Shown piece after piece: positions 39,195-48,902 of a DNA stretch of 64,000 nt. A program made the position numbers and the translations under genes. Position 1 is the first letter of the stretch. The number at the start of each line of letters is the position of its first letter. Origin of the DNA: Pseudomonadota bacterium (GTDB taxonomy: Bacteria; Desulfobacterota; Desulfobulbia; Desulfobulbales; Desulfurivibrionaceae); assembly GCA_018829945.1 (NCBI GenBank), contig JAHJTI010000246.1:51-64050 (forward strand). The letters run 5' to 3'. The notes below the pieces were generated by a model. That model saw only the letters and a list, made by a program, of their open reading frames with translations. It searched no databases and was not told the DNA's origin.

Positions 39195-41099
39195 TCAGAT
39201 GGTGTTGCAATCCGCGGACGAGGACAGGAGACTGCGCCAACGAGGCAATTGCTTATCAAGACAAAAATAAGTTTCCCTGGCATTCACTTCTTTACTCCCC
39301 CAGGCATGCAACACGGCAGAAGAAAGTTCATCCGGGTTGGTAGCATAAATAACACCGGGACGACCTCGCAAGGGGCTAATATTGAATGCGTCCCCATCGA
39401 GCACAGACACCACAGGCACACCAAAACAATACGCATCCACCGCGGCTGAAGTCATATAACTCGTGTATGCAACATCACAGTCGCCCAACAACTCTCCCAG
39501 AGGACGCTCGGTTATCCGTAGCTTGAGCCCTGGATAATCCTCCTCCCTTATGGAGCATGCAGGATGCGGTTTAACCACAAATCTGCTGTTCGCCGGCAAG
39601 GAGGGGGCGGCCGTTTCGAGCCATTGCATTTGCTTCCGCGTAATCGCCGGCGAGATATCGCCTAAAACCAGAATGCGAAGCGAATCCGAATTATTTCCAT
39701 TTTCAGCAATCTGCGAAGAAAAATCGTTCAAATACAGGTATCGTAACGCCTCCACCTCGATCATCCGGCTTACAGGGTATCCTGCGACCCTAAAAGCGCT
39801 CAGAGCTGCAGGCCCATTAAGAGCGACCACATCGGGCAAAGGGAAATCATTTATGCCGCTGCGCCGATATGTGCGAGGATCAAAAAAATATCGCAAATCC
39901 CAAAACCTGACGGTGGCATGCGCCACACCCACCAATTTACCATGCCCGGCAGCCTTCCACGCATGAATAAAGGCAATCTCCCAGCCCATACCTTCCTGCA
40001 GATAAACGCCAAGCCGTTGCCGCGGCAACATTTTTAATATCTTTTCAAAAAGATTAAGAAAGAGGCAATTCCAAATGGCAGCACTTCCAAACATAGACTC
40101 GTGAAAATCCAGCTTAAATAACGGCCAAAAATCTAGTTTTGTTCCTGCAGGACGGAAATGACACCGTATCTTCCTCACACGCAAACCCATCATAGCGATA
40201 CGACAGAAATCACGGAGTACCCTCCAGATCACAGACCAACTCAGTGCACCATCGATAATGGCGTGACGTTGCAAGGTTTCCCTGTTCTGATTAAAATGTG
40301 TTACCAGTGCCTGTGCTGCCTGGGCAGTGGGAATTGACTCATGATCAATAAAATGATGGAGCCAGTTTACCGCAGTCGCCTCCTGCTCAAGCAGTTCATG
40401 GAGATCTGTCCAGTAATAGGACAGGAAACGACCCGCTTGCGCAGATACATTGTCCAGATTGAACAGATACGAACAAAATGTTGTTTCCGCTGTTGATTTT
40501 GCAAGTAATCCAGAATCAATCTGCCGGAAGGAACCCCGGCACCGAAAGTACCGTCTCAGTGTCAATAAGGCCTGAATCGGTCGCGGCAGCCACCGATAAA
40601 CTTTGCCCCGCACCGAATCCTGGGAAGGCTGCGGGCTTAAGCGCCGCCAATCAAAATCCCAGGAGGCGTTGCTGCACCAGTGACGAAACGCAGATGCCAA
40701 ATTCTTGTCTGCGCTTGCCAGGATGATCTTACAGGCATGGTTCGCCCCAAGCATTTCTTCAAGCGCCAATAACTTCACAGCCTCGGACAGGCACCTTGAC
40801 TTGCAATAATTCTTTTCCACTAGCAGAGTCATCCACCAATAGCTCAGCCCTGGGCGCAGGGTCAAGCAGTCTAAAAACCGCCTGCCGTCAAGTTGCGTCT
40901 CACCCAGTTCATGGAGCCAGGCAAGGAAACGAGCCCGAAGAGTATCTGCGTGTTCCTCCACAAAACGTGGGATTGAATATCCTGCCGCATCTCCTCCCTG
41001 ACCGTATCCTCGCCAAAGTACCTGAATCCACTCCCCTTTGGGAGGCTCACCATCATTGTCCCAAACAAGGAAAGTGGGAAATGCATCATCTGCTCGCAT
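39195..41099 (-). CDS. Surface carbohydrate biosynthesis protein, probable GT-B transferase (resembles Leptospira LIC13510-type family)
   Basis: 634 aa; SYWWMTLL.EK, QE..GWE, HATVRFWDLRY, EALRYLYL, VKPHP, TSAAVDAY. Family name is from recall and needs HMM confirmation. Confidence 0.65.
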   Translation of the reverse strand: MRADDAFPTFLVWDNDGEPPKGEWIQVLWRGYGQGGDAAGYSIPRFVEEHADTLRARFLAWLHELGETQLDGRRFLDCLTLRPGLSYWWMTLLVEKNYCKSRCLSEAVKLLALEEMLGANHACKIILASADKNLASAFRHWCSNASWDFDWRRLSPQPSQDSVRGKVYRWLPRPIQALLTLRRYFRCRGSFRQIDSGLLAKSTAETTFCSYLFNLDNVSAQAGRFLSYYWTDLHELLEQEATAVNWLHHFIDHESIPTAQAAQALVTHFNQNRETLQRHAIIDGALSWSVIWRVLRDFCRIAMMGLRVRKIRCHFRPAGTKLDFWPLFKLDFHESMFGSAAIWNCLFLNLFEKILKMLPRQRLGVYLQEGMGWEIAFIHAWKAAGHGKLVGVAHATVRFWDLRYFFDPRTYRRSGINDFPLPDVVALNGPAALSAFRVAGYPVSRMIEVEALRYLYLNDFSSQIAENGNNSDSLRILVLGDISPAITRKQMQWLETAAPSLPANSRFVVKPHPACSIREEDYPGLKLRITERPLGELLGDCDVAYTSYMTSAAVDAYCFGVPVVSVLDGDAFNISPLRGRPGVIYATNPDELSSAVLHAWGSKEVNARETYFCLDKQLPRWRSLLSSSADCNTI

Positions 41100-41123
41100 C
41101 AGATTAAACTCGGAGCCGTTTCT

Positions 41124-41867
41124 TTAAAGAGCTTGCATCAACTGCTCGACGGTGAGCAGGTCAGCCGGCGTATCCACCGCATGTGTGTTGTGGCGAGTCG
41201 GGATCATGCGCACTTTCATCCCATGCTCCAAGACCCGCAGCATATCAACTGATTCGGCGATTTCCAGCGGGGTTGGCGACAGATTGGTATATTGAAGCAG
41301 AAAATCTCGCCGAAAAGGGATAATACAGACCTGCTTTCCCATGGGAATATCTTTACCAAGAAAACGGGTCGGAATCGGTTCGCGGGAAAAGTACAACGCA
41401 TTTCCCTTAAGATCGCAGACCGCCTTGATGCAGTTCCGGTCTTCAAACTCTGCCGGAGATCGGATTTTACCCAACAAATTCGTTATCCGGACAGAGGGAT
41501 CATCCAGCATGGGTTGCACCGCTTCAGTGACCATGTCCGGATGGGTCATGGGCTCATCGCCCTGCACCATGACCACAATGTCATAGGTCACCCCGTCTTC
41601 CTTCTCCAAGATTCCAAGCGCTTCAGCACAGCGATCCGAGGCCCGTTCATGATGACTGCCGGTCATCACGGCCCGGCCACCGATGGATTCAATGTAGTCA
41701 TAAATTTCCCGGTCACAGGTTGCCACCACTGTGATGGTCAAAAATGGGTTTTGCGACACACGCTCATAGACATGGCCGATCATGGGTTTGCCAAGCAAGG
41801 CGGCCATTGGTTTGCCCGGGAAGCGACTGCTGCCCATCCGGGCAGGAATAAGCGCAACAATGTTCAT
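41124..41867 (-). CDS. KdsB-like CMP-ulosonate cytidylyltransferase
   Basis: IPARMGSSRFPGKP, VQGDEP, ALYFSR.PIP, LE..ES...LR.LE.G, VDTP.DL. Confidence 0.9.
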   Translation of the reverse strand: MNIVALIPARMGSSRFPGKPMAALLGKPMIGHVYERVSQNPFLTITVVATCDREIYDYIESIGGRAVMTGSHHERASDRCAEALGILEKEDGVTYDIVVMVQGDEPMTHPDMVTEAVQPMLDDPSVRITNLLGKIRSPAEFEDRNCIKAVCDLKGNALYFSREPIPTRFLGKDIPMGKQVCIIPFRRDFLLQYTNLSPTPLEIAESVDMLRVLEHGMKVRMIPTRHNTHAVDTPADLLTVEQLMQAL

Positions 41868-42871
41868 GAAATCTCCATAACTAAACGTTTATTTTTCGGC
41901 TTACGGCAAGTTACCATCATATGCGAACTCCAGCCGGAAGACGCGAGAAGATTTTGCCATTGTTCCCTCTCAGACTCACTGGCTCGGCTTACAAAGGTGC
42001 GCCAGAAACGATCCTTAATCCGGTCTTGATTGTTCGCCATGATATCGATGTCCAGCTTTCCCGGGGATGTCACTTCCAGGGACTCAAAGCCAACACGATG
42101 GAGCAAGATCTTAATAGAGCGGGGGTTCAGAAAATTCAGGTGATGTGGTGGAGAAATTGAATTCGAATCATTCCATAGTACTTGAATGTCAACTCCCGTA
42201 CCGGACAACGTACTGAACAGAAACAAATCTCCTGGTTGCATCAGTTGGTTGATGCAGGCGAGAAATTTATCCGGAGCATGAAGATGCTCAAACAACTCGA
42301 AACTGACGAATGCCCTTGGTCCGGCAGGCAGATCGGTTTCCCCTACCTGCTCAAGAAATTTTTCAATGACCCTCAGGCTCTTATCGCGGCACACTTGTGC
42401 CAAATGCGGCCCAGGCTCAATAACCGTGATTGCGTTCGAAGAAATCTCCCCCATTTCTTCGGCAAACAAGCCATATCCTCCGCCAACATCAATTATTGCA
42501 TGGTCTAAAGCAGTATAGCGTTCCAATATCTCAAGGATCATCCGTGCCTTGGGCTTCCAGAGTTTCTCGCGGCGGGCCTCAGCGGTTTCCCTGTAAAAAG
42601 TTGTAGCCCAAAATTTTGCAGAAGGTGATTCTGTGTAATAGCGAGAGAAGGCTTCGGAAAGAGGCCGGGGATTGACATACAAGGTGTCACAATCCGGGCA
42701 ACATGCGTAATCGAACCCCTGCTTGGTGAAAGCAAATTTTCCATTGGCTCCACATGCAGGGCACAGGCCTTCCTCACGGGGCACATCAACGAAATAGGTC
42801 AATGCATCTTGTTCACAAAGGCGTAGATATTCGGCAAAAATATTCTGTGGCCGGATCTCATCCTCTTTCAT
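41864..42871 (-). CDS. Class I SAM methyltransferase with N-terminal Zn ribbon
   Basis: CPACG...CPDC, DVGGGYG, FELFEH, PPHHLNF. Confidence 0.85.
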   Translation of the reverse strand: MKEDEIRPQNIFAEYLRLCEQDALTYFVDVPREEGLCPACGANGKFAFTKQGFDYACCPDCDTLYVNPRPLSEAFSRYYTESPSAKFWATTFYRETAEARREKLWKPKARMILEILERYTALDHAIIDVGGGYGLFAEEMGEISSNAITVIEPGPHLAQVCRDKSLRVIEKFLEQVGETDLPAGPRAFVSFELFEHLHAPDKFLACINQLMQPGDLFLFSTLSGTGVDIQVLWNDSNSISPPHHLNFLNPRSIKILLHRVGFESLEVTSPGKLDIDIMANNQDRIKDRFWRTFVSRASESEREQWQNLLASSGWSSHMMVTCRKPKNKRLVMEIS

Positions 42872-42873
42872 GA

Positions 42874-43644
42874 TCAGGCTCCAATGGCCGTCGGCCTAGC
42901 CGCACCTTCGGCCAGAATGACCGCATCGATCGAATAGGCCAGAAACCGATATCCCTCATTGAGCCGCTGCTGTAATTCCACCGGGGACGGTGCCACCACA
43001 TGCACACCGCAAGGGATCATCCGTTCAGCTGCATGGGTACGGATTCGATCCCGGATTGATTTAAAGTCCGGGTGGTCAAACTGCGCTGTAATCCCCATGG
43101 AAGCAGAAAGGTCATAGGGGCCGATCAATATGGCATCCAGCCCCTTGACTCGAAGAATAGAATCAAGTCTATCAACCGCGCGAACATGCTCGATCATGGC
43201 CACCAAGAGCGGACTCTGTGCTTCTCTTGCATAGGCAGCAAAATGTTTACCAAAAAGATTGGCCCGAGAGAATCCTACCCCTCGCGTTCCTGCCGGTGGC
43301 CAGCAGCAGGCATCCCGAACCATTTCGAGCTGCTCAGCGCTCTCCACCATAGGCACAATGACGCCGCCGGCCCCGGCATCAAGGGCCTGTTTGCAATCCT
43401 TGGCGTGCCCCTGCGCCAGTCTGGCCATGGGCAGCGTGCCGCCGAGTTCCAGAGCCCGGAACAGATCCGGCAGTTGCGGCACGCCGATGGCGCCGTGTTC
43501 GAGGTCCGCTGCCACCCAGTCATAACCGGCCTGGCCCATGATCTCGGCAACAGAGGGGTGAGGTAACTGCAGCCAGCTGCCGATGGAATGACCACCATTT
43601 TGCAAGCGCTGGCGAATTTGCGTGATGACTTCCAATCTATTCAT
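42874..43644 (-). CDS. HpcH/HpaI-family pyruvate aldolase
   Basis: DLEHG, ALDAGA.G.IVPMV, G.RG.G, MIE, GPYDLS.S.G. Start trimmed to MNRLEV. Confidence 0.92.
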   Translation of the reverse strand: MNRLEVITQIRQRLQNGGHSIGSWLQLPHPSVAEIMGQAGYDWVAADLEHGAIGVPQLPDLFRALELGGTLPMARLAQGHAKDCKQALDAGAGGVIVPMVESAEQLEMVRDACCWPPAGTRGVGFSRANLFGKHFAAYAREAQSPLLVAMIEHVRAVDRLDSILRVKGLDAILIGPYDLSASMGITAQFDHPDFKSIRDRIRTHAAERMIPCGVHVVAPSPVELQQRLNEGYRFLAYSIDAVILAEGAARPTAIGA

Positions 43645-44299
43645 GATCCAACTCTTCAAACCTGGGGCCGACATGCCTTTTCTGTAACGATTGATTGAGG
43701 GGAGTACTCCGCAACAAAAATGCGACCTGGTTGGCCTGGGCCGCGTTGCAATCAGAATCCGAATCGCCAACCATCAGCGCCTGAGAGGCCGAAATTTGCC
43801 AGCGCGCCAAGACCTCCCCAATCGCTTCAGCTTTCTTGGCGGGCGCCCCATGAATTTCCTGAAAACAATGCGTCAAAGCCAAAGCGGCCAAGATATACTC
43901 CATTTCTTTGTGTGGTGTAGCCGTTACCAACACAAACCGTTGCGTGGTATATTTTTTCAACAAATACTCACGGACCCCTGGCACCCAAGGGGCATCAATC
44001 ACTGCCTGCTGGACATTTTCCGAAAATCGTGAGCAATATTCATGAATTTTTTCCGGAGTAATAGGCTCCCCGGCCCAAGCGAGATAAATCGGCATCTTGT
44101 CGAAGCGAGACATCCCGCCATTCGCCTCATGGTGTCGGCGGACCTGGCCAGACACCGACCTGCCGAAGTTCATAAAAAGCCGCTCAAAGGCATCCGATTT
44201 GACTTCTACCGAATCCTTGATCACTCCATCGAAATCCCAAAAAACAATCCCTGCAGATTGTAACAATTGGACGGGGTTATCATTCAATCCTTGCCTCAT
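43637..44299 (-). CDS. HAD-family phosphatase
   Basis: WDFDGVI.DS, VTAT, K, MVGDS..D. Start uncertain. Confidence 0.88.
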   Translation of the reverse strand: MRQGLNDNPVQLLQSAGIVFWDFDGVIKDSVEVKSDAFERLFMNFGRSVSGQVRRHHEANGGMSRFDKMPIYLAWAGEPITPEKIHEYCSRFSENVQQAVIDAPWVPGVREYLLKKYTTQRFVLVTATPHKEMEYILAALALTHCFQEIHGAPAKKAEAIGEVLARWQISASQALMVGDSDSDCNAAQANQVAFLLRSTPLNQSLQKRHVGPRFEELDHE

Positions 44300-44313
44300 A
44301 CTCTGGCTGACCG

Positions 44314-45147
44314 CTACCATATCTGATTGAAACAATTCTTGAACGTTCCGCTTTCAAACATCTCAGCGTGACGCTTTTCCAGCAGATGCAACCCTGCATC
44401 TCGCAAATATTGAGCCGAATCCACACGCTGTTTCGTGAACTCATCGTTGATCTCAACCAGAACGCCTTTGACATTCCGCAAAACCTCAGCACCGCCCTTA
44501 AGAATCAGGTGTTCTATACCGTCCACATCCATCTTGAGGTAGTCCGGGGGGGGGATCTTGAGTCTTACGACAGCATCCGGAATAGAAATTCCGATTGTCC
44601 GGAATTCAAAGATTTTTCGCAAGGCTTGACCGTCTTGCCCATAGTCCTGGGCAAAACTGGACAATGCGCCCCCCCACTCCAAGCTGGTCATATTGAGCGT
44701 ATTTACGGAAAGCTGATCGGAAAGCGGGAGAGGGACGATCGTGACCTTTTCTGCGAGTGCATTGAGAAAGACATTTCTGGCCAGTAATTCAAGATTAAAA
44801 ACCGAAGGTTCAAAGGCAAAAACCTGGCAACCACGGGTTTTGGCCGCATAGCATGTGTACAAACCAACATTGGCACCGATGTCCCAAACAACAGCACCAT
44901 AAGGAATCTGATCTATCCATTCCAGGGTTTCTGGTTCCTTGCTGTAGAAGGTGTTAATGCGGTACCGATTAAGATTATTCGGCACGGCAAAGGTAAAATT
45001 TACTCCCCGATGCTGGACAAACTGGGTTCTCATCATCGCTGAACGAACAATTTCATCGCCACAATAACGCCCGACTCGCGTTTTCCAGCCAAAATAAATC
45101 AGATTACGGAGAAGAGATTTGACCAATGTTTTAATGATCACTTTCAT
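44314..45147 (-). CDS. FkbM-family methyltransferase
   Basis: WDIGANVGLY, AFEPS, KMDVDG.E, VLVE. Confidence 0.9.
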   Translation of the reverse strand: MKVIIKTLVKSLLRNLIYFGWKTRVGRYCGDEIVRSAMMRTQFVQHRGVNFTFAVPNNLNRYRINTFYSKEPETLEWIDQIPYGAVVWDIGANVGLYTCYAAKTRGCQVFAFEPSVFNLELLARNVFLNALAEKVTIVPLPLSDQLSVNTLNMTSLEWGGALSSFAQDYGQDGQALRKIFEFRTIGISIPDAVVRLKIPPPDYLKMDVDGIEHLILKGGAEVLRNVKGVLVEINDEFTKQRVDSAQYLRDAGLHLLEKRHAEMFESGTFKNCFNQIW

Positions 45148-46043
45148 CTCTGGTCCTTTCCCGGCATACAAGCAGTCTGGCCTCGGACCTCATCAATCAA
45201 CTGTAACAACCCTTGCCCCAAGTCCACATGCAGCGGCGGCACATATTTTCGCCCAAGCTTCGGCTGATAGGCATAGGGAGTGCGTACATAATGGCCGGTG
45301 TAATCCCCGTCGACAAACTCAACCGCATCGGGCATATCAAGGATCTCCGCCAACATCTTCAACAGATCCAGAACCCGCATCGGCTCATGGCCGGTGAGCA
45401 CTACGCTCTGATTCCGGAAATCATCGCCAAGCGCTGCCACACTTGCCCGGGCCGCATCCTCGACATGAATATATTCCCGCATGGCTTCCGAGCTGCCTTC
45501 GTAACAAACTTTTCCTGTATCGAGAGCACTCCGGACAATGCGAAAAAGGCCATTGCTCTCGCCTGAACGTGGCCCATAGAGAGAGCCATAACGCAAAATG
45601 GTATAATTCTGACCATAAACTCGCTGGTACTCTTCCACGTAATGTTCCGCAGCCTGTTTGCTGCAACGGTAAAACCCACCCTCACGGCTATACACATAAA
45701 CCGTACTGGCATAAACAAAACGGCCGACCTTATGCCGTTGGCCGGCATCCAGCAACAGCACATTCCCGAGGACGTTGACCCGTACCGTTTCCACCGGCTT
45801 GTCAAGAGCTTCGTTGAGGTCAGCCAAGGCGGCAAAGTTGTATATTACATCACAACCGGCAACGGACTTATCAACCAATTCCGCATCGAGCAAATTGCCG
45901 ACGATCATCTCCTGGTCGTGACGCAGCCAGGGAGAGGCGACCCTATCAAAAATTTTGACCTCATGCCCCTCATCACTCAACTGGTCCGCCACATGTGAGC
46001 CCAAAAACCCGCTGCCGCCAAAGACAATCACTTTCATGCTCAA
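45144..46043 (-). CDS. NAD-dependent epimerase/dehydratase
   Basis: GGSGFLG, YAST, YRCSK (YxxxK), LRYGSLYGP. Confidence 0.9.
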   Translation of the reverse strand: MSMKVIVFGGSGFLGSHVADQLSDEGHEVKIFDRVASPWLRHDQEMIVGNLLDAELVDKSVAGCDVIYNFAALADLNEALDKPVETVRVNVLGNVLLLDAGQRHKVGRFVYASTVYVYSREGGFYRCSKQAAEHYVEEYQRVYGQNYTILRYGSLYGPRSGESNGLFRIVRSALDTGKVCYEGSSEAMREYIHVEDAARASVAALGDDFRNQSVVLTGHEPMRVLDLLKMLAEILDMPDAVEFVDGDYTGHYVRTPYAYQPKLGRKYVPPLHVDLGQGLLQLIDEVRGQTACMPGKDQR

Positions 46044-46090
46044 CTCAACTCCTCTGCTTCTTGTTGCTCAAGAACAACAAATTTTCGGCA

Positions 46091-46996
46091 CTATACCTCA
46101 AGCGCGTCGAGAAGATTCTTTATCGTATCGATTTCCATCTGGATTCGGCTCTCTTTGGCATAAGAGCCAATGTGCGGAGAGAGAATAACCGTATCCAGTT
46201 CGGTGAGCGGCCCGACATACGGCTCCCGCTCAAAAACATCAATAGCTGCACCGGCTAGATGCCCAGATTGCAGTAATTGATACAGCGCGTCTTCATCGAC
46301 AAGGCCCCCGCGAGAAGCATTGATTATCCAGCCTCCCGGCTTCATAGTACGCAATTGCTCTTCTCCCAACAGAGAGCATTCTCCCGCCCCACGAGTACAA
46401 TGCAGGCTCAGGATATCAGCCCAAAGCAGCAATTCCGCCAAAGACATTTTCTTGAATTTGTTCGATTCAACGATAAGATCACTGAAGGCCACTTCCACCC
46501 CAAAGGGAGCAAAAACATCTGCGACCATGCTTCCAATCCGGCCGAAGCCGATAATGCCGAGTTTCTTCCCCTGCAGGGTATTGCCCATGCGCTTCTTCCA
46601 TACTCCCGAGCGCAACTCGCGATCCATACGGGTTATCTGCCGCATCAGATCCAGCGCATAGCCCAGAGTCAATTCAGCAACGGCCAGAGTGGGGCCGTCA
46701 GGGGTATTACGCACGATGATACCACGATCCGCCGCGCCTTTAAGATCGACGTTATCCATGCCCGTACCGCAACGGGATATAACCTTTAACTCAGGCAAGG
46801 CATCCATTACCTCCTGAGTCAGTGGCTCGGTGCCTGCCGCCACCCCGATACAACCCTGCAACAATTCAACGGTCTCACCCACGATAAGTTTCCGGCCATG
46901 GGGATTGAGCACATAAGTGATGCCCTGATCATCAAGCAACTGAAGCGGCTCGCTACTAAATTGGGCAAACGAAGAGGTGGTAATAGCTATTTTCAT
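46091..46996 (-). CDS. D-isomer 2-hydroxyacid dehydrogenase (phosphoglycerate dehydrogenase-like, no ACT domain)
   Basis: GTGMDNVD, AVAE, GIIGFGRIG, IN.SRG..VDE, DVFE.EP, PHIGS. Confidence 0.9.
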   Translation of the reverse strand: MKIAITTSSFAQFSSEPLQLLDDQGITYVLNPHGRKLIVGETVELLQGCIGVAAGTEPLTQEVMDALPELKVISRCGTGMDNVDLKGAADRGIIVRNTPDGPTLAVAELTLGYALDLMRQITRMDRELRSGVWKKRMGNTLQGKKLGIIGFGRIGSMVADVFAPFGVEVAFSDLIVESNKFKKMSLAELLLWADILSLHCTRGAGECSLLGEEQLRTMKPGGWIINASRGGLVDEDALYQLLQSGHLAGAAIDVFEREPYVGPLTELDTVILSPHIGSYAKESRIQMEIDTIKNLLDALEV

Positions 46997-47082
46997 TAAT
47001 TTGTTTCTCACCAAAAAAATTATATTTTGAAACATCTTTATTGAAACAGATAATCACAAGACTTCGCGCAACGTGGCTACGT

Positions 47083-48882
47083 TCATGCCCTCACTTCAGC
47101 AAGGAATGTTTTCCATTCTTTTAGCCAGTTGGAGTCCAACTTACAAGCTTGACGGTAAAATTCTTTTCGAGCAGCGATAATCTCCGGACTTAGCCACCAT
47201 TTATCAGGGTCATCCCAAATGGCGTTCAAGTGGGTTGCCGCAGTTTGGGAATCATGAAAAATAATCTTGACCGCTCTTAGGCGTTCAAGCAACGGAAATG
47301 CGACGGGATGTCTCTCGTAATAATATTCCGGGTAGATCATTACCGTCGGCACCCCCGAGACCATAGCTTCTGTAAAGGTGGTCTCAGGATATGTACAAAT
47401 TACGAGCCTGGACTGCTCGAAAACACGATCAATAGACATCGCGGGATACAGTTTGTGCGCTCCAATCATTTCGGCATAAATTTCCCGCGTATTCCAGTCA
47501 TTACTTGGGGCCGGTTTTACTCGGACGCATTCCTTAACATCATCAAGCAGCCCATCATACAGATGGTTAACCAATTTGACAGAAACAAGGCATTGCGACG
47601 CCATCGGATAAAAATGGGCTCGACATCCCCATCGCGGGCATTCATTACCAATAATCGAGCAATACTTTCCACGCTGCTTTCGCTTACCAAATATATTTCC
47701 AGAAAAGCGACCGATGAGTCGAGAAGGGGGAACCTGCCGGTGCTTTGAGTGATACGGCAGAAACCAAGTTCCTCTGACATCGGAGATATCTTCTTCAAAA
47801 TCAAACAGCTCTTTATAGGCGGGAAAAGATCCCCCATGCTCCAAGACCACTAGCTTGGTCCCCTGGGCCACTTGTTCGGCAAACCATGCCTTGGCTACAA
47901 AATCAGTCCAGTGAGAATTAGCCGTGACAATTGTCTTGGTCTTGACAGACAGGCAAGCCACCTGATTCCTCAGGGAGTGATACCCTTCCGCGATACACGA
48001 TGGCATGTCAAACGGTATTGATTTACCGAGAAATTTTTCAAAATCCGTTTTCGGCTGAAAGTTGAAATTGATAACAGTACGATCAAGCGATTTTTCTACC
48101 GCGCCCACAAGGACATTTAAACTTTCTGCAGAAGGCTTAAAATCATGCAAAAAAAAGCGCGGGAACTGCCCCATGGAAAAATTAAGGCGAATCAGGGGAA
48201 CACGATTAAAATATGAGCCGATAAATACCGTGCCAGAGCGAGGACAAAATCTGCCCAGGATCTTTTCTGCTCCATTGAACATCTTTGCTTTGAAGGATTG
48301 CCTCGGCTTGCCCCCTGTTTCATGATTTTTTGCTTGTTTTTCACAAGTTAGATTTTTTTCACCCTTCGTGATCGTACACCGGGAGGAATAATGGGACTCA
48401 ATGATTCGCAGATACACCGCATGATTCCATTCGTCTGATATCGCCTGCGTTATGAATTCGTTATAACTCAATGGAGGCAGGACATCAGAGTGTCCCTTGA
48501 GTGCTACCGTCTTAAGCTCCGCATAAAGATCGAAAGCACTACGTAAACACTCCCACCGGTCAAACAACACCCCAACGTAGGACAGCAGCCAAGGATCGAG
48601 CAGAATTTGCCAATACCGCTCCGAGTAATCCACCTGATGCAGATCATTCAACGATACGGCAAGATCCTTTAAAAGCCGATGATGGAGTTCCTCAAGATAA
48701 TCGTAATCTGTTTTTAATTTATCCCGGTTATCCCAATGGAACGGAATGGTTTCATGAGAGCGTGCCCCCCAGACATGCCGTCTCCCGTAAGGCTTGCACC
48801 ACTCCCCGAGAAAGATAATTTCTTCTGCATTCCCCCATGTTTCTTCAAGGGACGTTGTAACCAGCAACTTCTCTATAGCCAT
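47083..48882 (-). CDS. Putative glycan transferase (resembles Leptospira LIC12162-type family)
   Basis: LVTT.LEETW, FLGEWC, LN..H....S.RYW.ILL.PWL, HGG, TTF.EA...G.P, WW. Family name is from recall and needs HMM confirmation. Confidence 0.65.
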   Translation of the reverse strand: MAIEKLLVTTSLEETWGNAEEIIFLGEWCKPYGRRHVWGARSHETIPFHWDNRDKLKTDYDYLEELHHRLLKDLAVSLNDLHQVDYSERYWQILLDPWLLSYVGVLFDRWECLRSAFDLYAELKTVALKGHSDVLPPLSYNEFITQAISDEWNHAVYLRIIESHYSSRCTITKGEKNLTCEKQAKNHETGGKPRQSFKAKMFNGAEKILGRFCPRSGTVFIGSYFNRVPLIRLNFSMGQFPRFFLHDFKPSAESLNVLVGAVEKSLDRTVINFNFQPKTDFEKFLGKSIPFDMPSCIAEGYHSLRNQVACLSVKTKTIVTANSHWTDFVAKAWFAEQVAQGTKLVVLEHGGSFPAYKELFDFEEDISDVRGTWFLPYHSKHRQVPPSRLIGRFSGNIFGKRKQRGKYCSIIGNECPRWGCRAHFYPMASQCLVSVKLVNHLYDGLLDDVKECVRVKPAPSNDWNTREIYAEMIGAHKLYPAMSIDRVFEQSRLVICTYPETTFTEAMVSGVPTVMIYPEYYYERHPVAFPLLERLRAVKIIFHDSQTAATHLNAIWDDPDKWWLSPEIIAARKEFYRQACKLDSNWLKEWKTFLAEVRA

Positions 48883-48902
48883 AAGAAATCAAACATATTG
48901 TT

